Positions 54,883 to 64,000 of a DNA stretch of 64,000 nucleotides are shown one piece after another. Each line of letters opens with the position of its first letter. Within the stretch, counting starts at the first letter, position 1. Below the pieces are notes generated by a model, which saw only the letters and a list, made by a program, of their open reading frames with translations, ran no database searches and was not told where the DNA came from. Origin of the DNA: Octopus vulgaris (Eukaryota); the NCBI GenBank assembly GCA_951406725.2, contig OX597835.1:5828001-5892000 (forward strand), read 5' to 3'. The translations under genes and the position numbers were made by a program.

Positions 54883-55875
54883 TCCTTTCTACTTTAGGCA
54901 CAAGGTCTGAAATTTGAGGGAAGAGGACCAGTCGATTACGTCGACCCCAGTGCGTAACTGGTACATAATTCATCGACCTCGAAAGGATGAAAGGCAAAGT
55001 CGACCTCGGCGGAATTTGAACTCAGAACGTAAAGACAGACGGAATACCTATTTCTTTACTACCCACAAGGGGCTAAACACAGAGGAGACAAACAAGGACA
55101 GACAAACGGATTTAGTCGATTTTATCGACCCTAGTGCGTAACTGGTACTTAATTTATCGACACCAAAAGGATGAAAGGCAAGGTCGACCTCGGCGGAATT
55201 TGAACTGAGAACGTAGCGGCGGACGAAATACCGCTAAGCATTTCGCCCGGCGTGCTAACGTTTCTGCCAGCTCGCCGCCTTAAATATCTTTTGTACTTTA
55301 GCCAGAAAGCCCAAAATTTTGGGGGAGGGGACCAGTCGATTACGTCAACCCCAGTGCGTAACTGGTACTTAATTCATCGACTCCGAAGGATGAAAGGCAA
55401 GGTCGACCTTGGCGAAATTTGAACTCAGAACGTAAAGACAGACGAAATACCTATTTCTTTATTACCCACAAGGGGCTAAACACAGAGGGGACAAACAAGG
55501 ACAGACATAGGTATTAAGTCGATTACATCGACCCCAGTGCGTAACTGGTACTTAATTTATCGACCCCGAAAGGATGAAAGGCAAAGTCGACCTCGGCGGA
55601 ATTTGAACTGAGAACGTAGTGGCAGACGAAATACCTATTTCTATTTCTTTATTACCCATAAGGGGCTAAACATAGAGGGGACAAACAAGGACAGACATAG
55701 GTATTAAGTCGATTACATCGACCCCAGTGCGGAACTGGTACTTAATTTATCGACCCCGAAAGGATGAAAGGCAAAGTCGACCTCGGCGGAATTTGAACTC
55801 AGAACGTAACGGCAGACGAAGTACCGCTAAGCATTTCGCCCGGCGTGCTAACGATTCTGCCATCTTGCCGCCTTA
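54883..55875 (-). mobile_element. SINE D multimers: dimer (54883-55282) plus trimer (55283-55875)
   Basis: Core GTCGACCTCGGCGGAATTTGAAC recurs at ~54999, 55183, 55402, 55586, 55776; heads only at ~55281 and ~55874. Confidence 0.9.
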
Positions 55876-56660
55876 TGTATTATTCGTTTCTGCCGTCTGG
55901 AGAAACAGAAATGTCCAAATCCTATTGCCAGCAAATTGAGGAAATGAAATTAGCCAGGAAATATCTGGAAGTGTTTCATGGACAAAGACCTATATTCTTA
56001 CATAAAAATGCCGGCCCCCACATTACAAATTAGATCACCAGAGTAATTATGAAATATTATCCAGACTTGTTACCAACAGACCATCACCTCGAATATTTTA
56101 TTTGTGACAAAAAGTAAAAGGATACAGACCCCCTTCGGTCATGAATGACCATGGGATTACACCTAGAAAGTTCCCCTCCGAGACACAAGTCCGAGAAAGA
56201 TTGTTTCATGGAAAACCAGCGGTCGTCCATGCATGCCAGCCTCCTCTCTCCATGCCACTGATGTTATCCAAAGGAAAGGCAAAGACCGATAGAGAATGGC
56301 ACCAGTGGCGTCGCAATTCATTTCTACGACTGAGTGAACTGGAGCAACGTTAAATAAAGTGTCTTGCACAAGAACACAACACACAACTCGAGGAATCGAA
56401 CTCACTACTTCGGAATTGCGAGCTCGACGCTCTAAGCACTGAGCCATGCACCTTCACCGGGCAAAATGTAAACAAACATGTAATGACTAGAGCATTTGAA
56501 TAATTTATAGCTTCAAAAGATAATTCTTTCGAAGGAGCACATACGTTCCCAAGGCGATGGTTGAAAGTTGTTGAAGCTAATAGAATCTATTTTAATTAAT
56601 AATTAATAACAAATAGATTTTACTTATTCATAGCTTAGTGAACATTTCATATGAGGCATT
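55876..56660 (+). mobile_element. Mariner (DD34D-like) transposase remnant split by a SINE B/T5 insertion
   Basis: YYSFLPSGET..YCQQIEEM..PIFLHKNAGPH..YPDLLPTDHHL; after the SINE, FIASKDNSF..PRRWLKVVEANRIYF. Confidence 0.75.
56126..56457 (-). mobile_element. SINE group B, tail T5
   Basis: Collinear with 6221-6555. Confidence 0.85.
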
Positions 56661-57473
56661 CTAATGTGTGCGTGTGTGTGTCTACGTGCGTTTGTTTGTG
56701 TAGATATACTTATATGTCTGTAAGTACGTGTGTGTTTCTATGTCGCGTATATAATTATATGTGTGTATATGGATGCCAATATACACGTGTGTGTGTGTAT
56801 GTGAATGTATAGGTGTATGCGTGTTTCGATGACCATAGTGGACCTTGTTGTTAAATCATGCTCTTTAGCAATCCATTACATAAGCCTGAGCTCAGAAACA
56901 AATCTCGACCGTTTAGTTATTTTTACTTAGCAATCCATCAAACACACCATTTTAATCCCCTTCCCATGGTACTGTGCCTAAGTACTGGAAGATTTCTTAT
57001 TAAAATATACACAACACCGTGCCTAGGTACAAACTCCATTAACACAAAAGTACAAGATTTATAACCGGACAATGATTACGAGTTTACAAAATACAACATT
57101 TGTTATGAATAAATCGATAAATGCAGCTTTATTCGTCTTTAATCTCGTCGCAATTATTATTGTCTGGTCATCAGCTTTGTAGCATTATGCAAATGAGTAG
57201 TATCTCCTAGTTACAGACGTGTTTTTATTTAAATATGGAATAGCTTTCGGTGACTTACGTTCGGTAACTTAGGATAGAGACCTTGGAGTAATCTGGTTGA
57301 TGCTTTTTTTATTTTTAATGTACTTTGAAAATGAGGCTCAAGTTTCATCGTGAGGCCTTCGAGTAGGTGAGAGGAAATACGTGATAGATGTGAAACTGAG
57401 TGTGTGAATGTGTGGATGTGTGTGTAGGAAATTAATGGAATGACAAGGGAACAGGACTTATGTAATCGCTTTC

Positions 57474-57549
57474 AATAGCTTACAACTGTTTCTGCAGTAC
57501 ACTCACAGATGAGTGGTGTGCATCACCTTGCAGCTTCTTCGGAGCCATT
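57474..57549 (-). ncRNA. Minimal type-I hammerhead-ribozyme-like motif in a Penelope-like remnant
   Basis: Minus: AATGGCT-CCGAAGA-A-GCTGCA..TGCA-GAAAC AGTT GTA-AGCTATT; 7-bp stem I, GUA cleavage triplet, near-palindromic stem III loop. Confidence 0.55.
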
Positions 57550-57582
57550 AAATATCTAATGTCTCCAAAGCAAAATCTTAAT

Positions 57583-57640
<58 letters not shown>

Positions 57641-57661
57641 ATATTTAAGTGCTTTTAAGTT

Positions 57662-57790
57662 GATTAAACGCATGTGCCTGGTGTCCTCTTACCATATGGG
57701 CAGCCATGACGGATTTATTGGGCTTCGTATATTTGTACTCCAGCGTCACTTTGATGGCATGGATTGCTCTCTCGCTCAATAAAAGTAGTA
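57662..57790 (+). mobile_element. LINE 3'-end fragment (second copy 27480-27540)
   Basis: Shared GTCACTTTGATGGCATG..TGCTCTCTC.CTCAATAA end, followed by (AAT)n at 27535. Confidence 0.5.
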
Positions 57791-58044
57791 ATTATTTGTT
57801 TTATTTGCCACCAGGGTGACGGATAAGGGAATTAATACACAGACACTTAAAGAGTGAGGATTTACATAAAATGGAATAAATTTAATGTGTACATTACTAC
57901 ATAGTATTAACAGGCGATGATGGTGCGATCCTCCAAATACAGGAGGAAGTCCAAAGCAAGAAAGGAACCCTATAAATCCTGAGTCAACCTACTTACTACT
58001 AGCACAATACCAAGTGTACCTCTTTCGTATTTAATTTTCAACCT

Positions 58045-58392
58045 ATAGAAAAACATCGCAGATGTACGTGTAGCTGTGAGGAGAAATTGTCGAACCACCA
58101 TCCGTGAGTTATCAGAGGAAGTACAGACGAGCTACGATTCAGTTCAAGACCAAAAGATGTCTTTGATTGTGTGGAGAACGATGAAAACTTTCTGAAAACT
58201 TTGCGTAGGCCTCTGGGCATGTATCATCAAGCTTTTGCCAAAATCTGATGCAGATTCTCAGCTCAGCTTTCCCTGTCGTTAGTTCAAGCAGCGTTCAAGG
58301 TCAATCTGTGCCGAGTGGCCTTCCTTACTCTGCGTGCTTCAGCTTCGTTACTATGGCAACAGTCCGGATACTTATTGATCAGTCCACATATA
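58045..58392 (+). mobile_element. Non-autonomous mariner derivative with 3' TIR
   Basis: IADVRVAVRRNCRTTIRELSEEVQTSYDSVQ (mariner HTH), DVFDCVENDENFLKT; ends CAGTCCGGATACTTATTGATCAGTCCACATA. Confidence 0.75.
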
Positions 58393-58447
58393 TATATATC
58401 TGTACTTCGATACATTAATTATTGTGTTTATGTGTATATATCAGTGT

Positions 58448-58637
58448 GTTAAAGTTAAGCTAAAGTTAATATTTTGGCTCAAAAAACAAAAAGCAAGGCC
58501 ATGTAGGGGGACATGGAGTTATGTACAGGGAGGGTGTTCATGCAAAGAGTTCAGGCCATTTCTGGTCAAGAGAGACTTTGAACCGAGCGGTCGTCGGCAT
58601 CTTCACTATCTCGTCCGGTAGCTTATTCCACGGATCC
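58448..58637 (-). mobile_element. CR1-like LINE extreme 3' end
   Basis: Minus: DPWNKLPDEIVKMPTTARFKVSLDQKWPELFA*, short 3' UTR, short repeat tail. Confidence 0.8.
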
Positions 58638-59038
58638 TGCGTGCGTGTGGGCACAGCAGTGATGTGTTATGTATATATGTATATACATGTATATATATGA
58701 TTGCGGGCACCAGTGATACTGTTTGTACATGTGTTGAAGTGCATGTACGTGAACATGTGTTTATGCGGGTTGGGGCTTATACATCTGTGTATGCGTCAGT
58801 GAGTATCTACACACAATTGTTTATGTGACTATGTGTACATATGTGAATGTGTGTGTGGCTTTCTACCTGTGCGGTAGCGTTATGTGTGTATTTACACATG
58901 TGTGAGTATATGTACGTGCCTATATAGATCAGTGTCCATACATGTTAGTGTGTGTCTGCGAGCACAAGTATGTGTGTGCATACTTGGCTATAGGTGTATG
59001 TTTGTGTGTGTGAGTGTGTGTGTGTGTGCCTGTGTGTG

Positions 59039-59076
<38 letters not shown>

Positions 59077-59408
59077 TGTGTGTGTTTGTGTAAATACGCA
59101 AACATTAGAAATGTGTATTAATTTATGGAATCAGAAATATCAGCAACAATAATAGGGCACAAGCGGTAACCATAACAACTACAACTTTTTCATAGCAACA
59201 AGAATAGCAATCGCAAAAAAAAACACCGGCACAAACAACAGACGCAAATGATGACGGATTGGTAGAATCAGAAGTGCAGAGTTTCTTAAGGTGAACGACA
59301 CGGAAATGTTTTGAGCCGTGGAAAATGAGAATGAGGCGTAAATAATTATCAATAGAACTCGTAATTAAATTTTAAATGAGAACATCTTTTGAATATATAC
59401 ATATATAT

Positions 59409-59715
59409 TACCGTCACCGTGGCCGACCAGACCATCAGATGTTGTTACACATCGCTGGTCACAATGTGCTTTGCATTGTTTTAGCCTTCAAATGACGCCA
59501 CCCCGCTGGCTAAGCGAGCAGGCCAACAGAAGAAAGAGTGAGAGAAAGTTGTGGTGAAAGAGTACAGCAGGGATCACCACCATCCCTGCCGGAGTCTCGT
59601 GGAGCTTTAGGTGTTTTCGCTCAATAAACACTCACAACGCCCGGTCTGGGAATCGAAACCGCGATCCTACGGCCGCGAGTCCGCTGCCCTAACCACTAGG
59701 CCATTGCGCCTCCAC
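59409..59715 (-). mobile_element. SINE group A, tail T2
   Basis: Collinear with 20971-21290. Confidence 0.88.
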
Positions 59716-60175
<460 letters not shown>

Positions 60176-60244
60176 TGTGTGTATGCGTGTGTGTGTGTGC
60201 GTGTGTGTCAGTCTATCTATCTGTATGTCTGTGTGTGTATGAAA

Positions 60245-60410
60245 TATTTTCAAAGACAGTTTCAGCAAATAGTAGTAGTGAGACATGGTTATGGTTGCAG
60301 AAAGGACGGCTGAAAAAGGGAGGACAGAAAGATTGTTAATAGCAGAGCAAGATCAAGCAGTAAGGACTAATTGGGTAAAACACACAACAGAAGAATAGGA
60401 CACTTTCTTA
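60245..60410 (+). mobile_element. R4/Dong-like LINE fragment
   Basis: TWLWLQKGRLK/RTERLLIAEQDQAVRTNWVKH (cf. ETEGxxxAxQDQ motif). Confidence 0.65.
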
Positions 60411-60802
60411 AACCTCCTGTAGCATCAATAGTATCAACAGTAGAGTAAAATAAGAATCAAACGGGTCCATAGGTAGAAGAAATGGCTGAGAACCACTGAT
60501 GTAGTTTATCAATCAGCCAGAAACAACAGCCGAATGTTCCACAAATGAGGCTCTGTCTTAAACAAGAAAGAACACGAGAGATAAATGCATTTATCTCTAG
60601 ATACACTTTAAGGCAAGAGGTCATACATGGATTTCTTCTAATCATAAATTTTTTGTCCAATCAATGATGACCTGAGGCTTAAATAACCACAACGAAAACA
60701 ACAACAACATCAACTTGGGAAGTCTCAGCTTCTGCGATATTGAATTGTTTTGTATGTGTATATGCGAATGCATGTGTATGGGTATATTCATGTATAGATA
60801 GG

Positions 60803-60869
<67 letters not shown>

Positions 60870-60910
60870 ATAGATAAATAGAAGAGTCTGTATACATACA
60901 GATGTTTTCC

Positions 60911-60966
<56 letters not shown>

Positions 60967-61025
60967 CATATATATATTCACGCATACGTACATGTACACA
61001 CACAAACACATATACATGCACTTGC

Positions 61026-61101
<76 letters not shown>

Positions 61102-61689
61102 ACCATATTTCTATATAGTGAGGAGGTGCTCACATTAAAATTGCTCTTTACTCATGAGCTCCTAAATTTGCTCTTTGTGTGGATTCAGATTCAATCCTTC
61201 TGTTGTTGTGTTTTTGATTCCGCCTGAAAACGAATGGAATTCATTTGGGAATGAAATTTGGTCGACGAAAATTGTATGGAATTGCGTCGGAGGAATTTTC
61301 TTTGTTACGTGACAGACTTCGGGTGACGCCCTGTTTAACTTCTCTACCACCAACAACAAAACCAATAACAACAACAACACCAATAATAAAAACAACACCA
61401 ATAACAACAACAACAACACCAACAATAACACCAATACTACCAATACCCACAACACTACCACCGCTACCTTCACCACCAGCAACACCACCACGACTTAACC
61501 TTTGATGCGTGTAGCGATATCTAACTTTGTTGCGATTATTTGAACCGGTTTTCTACTCGTATAATTTCTTATCTTCTCTCTTTTGTAATTTCTTATCTCG
61601 CAGGACTTCAAAATTTGTTTATTTTAAAGACCCGGAAGAAAGAAATGTTAATTGATTATAACTCTTGCTGTACTTTCTAAGAGAAGATT

Positions 61690-62715
61690 GCAATTTTTGT
61701 GGGGGAGAGAAATCTCATCGACCCCTGCACTTAACTGCTATTTCTTTCTTGTTTTTTTTTTTATCAACGCCAAAAAGATGAAAGACAAAAATTGATCTCG
61801 GTAAACAAAATTGTTTCCGCTACAGGCATGAAGGCCATAAATTTTGAAGGAAGGGAGTTGGTAGATGTCATCGATCCCTATAATAGACCGGTTCAGCATT
61901 TTATCAACCGCAGCTGGATAAAAGTAAGGTTTTACCTCTCTAGGTTTTGAAGTCAGAGCTTAAAGAGCTTAAAGAGCCGAAAGAAATATTGGTTTCAAAT
62001 TTTGGCACAAGGCCAGCAATTTCAGGGGATGGGATAAGTTGATTAGATCGACCCCAATGCTCAACTTGAATTTTTTTATCGACCCGGAAATGATGAAAGG
62101 CAAAGAAGATCGGTGTATTCTGTCAGCTCACCGCCGTAAGATGTTGTCAATACTCCTTCCTATAAATAAAAGGCCTGAAAATTTGAGAAAGCCGAAAGAA
62201 CACACTAACAATTCTTCGAATCCTTAGATTAGAAGAATCATTTGTCTAATGGTTTAGTGGAGAGGCACTTCCGCTGCTTGTCTGCTAACTTATTAATCCA
62301 ATGGGAGTAGGAGCAGGAAGAGGCACATAACAATATTAGAAATTTCGGGGAACGCTGTAAGTCTATTACATGGACCCTAGTGGTCAACTGGTACTTATTT
62401 TATCGGCCACGAAAGACTGACAAAGTCCAAAATCGGCGGAATTTGAACCCAGGACGTAAAGACGGACGAAATGTTGCTAAGCATTTTGCGTAGCATTCTA
62501 TCCATTCTGCCAGAGGTGGATGGGAAAACTGGTTTTACATTTTGGGACATTATGAGAGAAGGGTAAGCCGATTACAGCGATCCTAGTGATCAAATGGTAC
62601 TTATTTTATCGACCACGAAAGGATGACAGCCAAAGTCTACTTCAGTGGAATTTGAACTCAGAACGTAAAGACGGACGAAATGCCGCTAAGCTCGGCGTGA
62701 TAACCATTCTGCCAG
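61690..62715 (-). mobile_element. Cluster of about five old SINE D fragments, all in the same orientation
   Basis: GGCACAAGGCCAGCAATTT / ATCGACC..GAAAGGATGA / GGAATTTGAAC motifs recur from ~61720 to ~62650. Confidence 0.7.
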
Positions 62716-63054
62716 AAGCGGATAACAATATCAATGATTGTTAATGTGCAAGCACTGAAGAGAACACATTCCGATGAAAGAGACTGAAGAAGAATTCTCA
62801 AAATATATGGAACACTAGCAGACTGATATAAAGTTTAACTTTAGCATGATATCATCCATTATATAAGTATCATAAACGGATCGATATTCGAACTGACACT
62901 GTGAATATTGGAAATAGAACATATAGAGAGAAATGAACGACTTCTTGGTAAACCTTCCAGGAGTGGAATTCTAATTATTGATCGGGGGTCGCTAACGCTT
63001 CTTACTAAATAGAATAAGAATACATTAGTAAAAAGGGTCAAAAGTCTGACAAAA

Positions 63055-63643
63055 TATCCTTTTCTACTCTAGGCACAAGGTCCGAAATTTTGGGGGAGGG
63101 GGCCAGTCGATTAGATCGACCCCAGTACGCAACTAGTACTTAATTGATCAAGCCAGAAAGGATGACAGGCAAAGTCGACCTCGGCGGAATTTGAACTCAG
63201 AACGTAAAGACAGACGAAATGCCTATTTCTTTACTACCCACAAGGGGCTAAACATACAGGGAACAAACAAGGACAGGCAAAGGGATTAAGTCGGTTATAT
63301 CGACCCCAGTGCGTAACTGGTACTTAATTTATCGAACTCCAAAAAGTATGACAGGCAAAGTCGACCTCGGCGGAATTTGAACTCAGAACGTAAAGACAGA
63401 CGAAATACCTATTTCTTTACTACCCACAAGGGGCTAAACATAGAGGGAACAAACAAGGACAGGCAAAGGGATTAAGTCGGTTAGATCGACCCCAGTGCGT
63501 AACACGTACTTAATTTATTGACTCCAAAAAGATGAAAGGTAAAGTCGACCTCGGCGGAATTTGAACTCAGAACGTAACGGCAGGCGAAACACTGCTAAGC
63601 ATTTCGCCCGGCGTGCTAACGTTTCTGCCAGCACAGCGCCTTA
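63055..63643 (-). mobile_element. SINE D trimer
   Basis: Core at ~63174, 63360, 63544 (184-186 bp period); single head at ~63642; flanked by a TCTGACAAAATATC direct repeat (63045 and 63646). Confidence 0.9.
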
Positions 63644-64000
63644 TATCTGACAAAATATCAGGTGGAATTATGTATGCTTACGTTCCGTGTTCAAACTCCA
63701 CTGTGTTCGATGTTACCGTTCGTTCTTCCTGCATGTAATGAAAGAAGTACACGCTAAGGAATGATGTGTTAACCAAAAACAGCGACATTCTCTCTGAAAG
63801 GTTGCTACATGTTTTCTATCAAACAGTTTTCACTCAAAAAGGTTTAAGTCTCCCCAAAGCCGAGCCAGCTGACACTTGCCCAAGATTCCAAGCGCTAGAA
63901 TTCAAACCGAAGTCTCATGGCAACAAAACAAATAAATAGTAAAGATTTCCAGGATAGGATCGAACTTGGAATACAAACTGGCAAAAATATTAATTTCTAA

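Noticed and set aside
54883-55875. CRISPR-like repeat/spacer periodicity
   Set aside because: Spacers are near-identical, the unit is ~185 bp, there are no cas genes, and the sequence is a eukaryotic SINE.
61162-61330. Exon-like unique segment
   Set aside because: No pyrimidine tract, frames terminate, no recognisable product.

Overview
Repeat-dominated, AT-rich eukaryotic DNA, very likely from an octopod cephalopod (Octopus-type tRNA-derived SINEs, extreme microsatellite density). Most ORFs in the supplied track are microsatellite translations. I recognise no intact protein-coding gene, tRNA, rRNA or CRISPR array. Supported content: (i) four tRNA-like SINE groups (my labels A-D) in about 40 full or partial copies; A/B mix two heads with five tails, and D forms ~185-bp internal multimers; (ii) decayed Tc1/mariner transposases (DD37D/maT-like twice, rosa-like, mariner-like twice); (iii) fragments of L1-Tx1, CR1/Jockey-like and R4/Dong-like LINEs; (iv) a non-autonomous Helitron whose empty site survives 7 kb away in inverted orientation; (v) Penelope-like inverted-repeat remnants with degenerate minimal hammerhead-ribozyme motifs; (vi) a few weak exon candidates, mostly on the minus strand. 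The first ~10 kb has mosaic direct duplications and a fold-back that look like assembly or polishing artefacts. Family names come from motif recall, not database searches.
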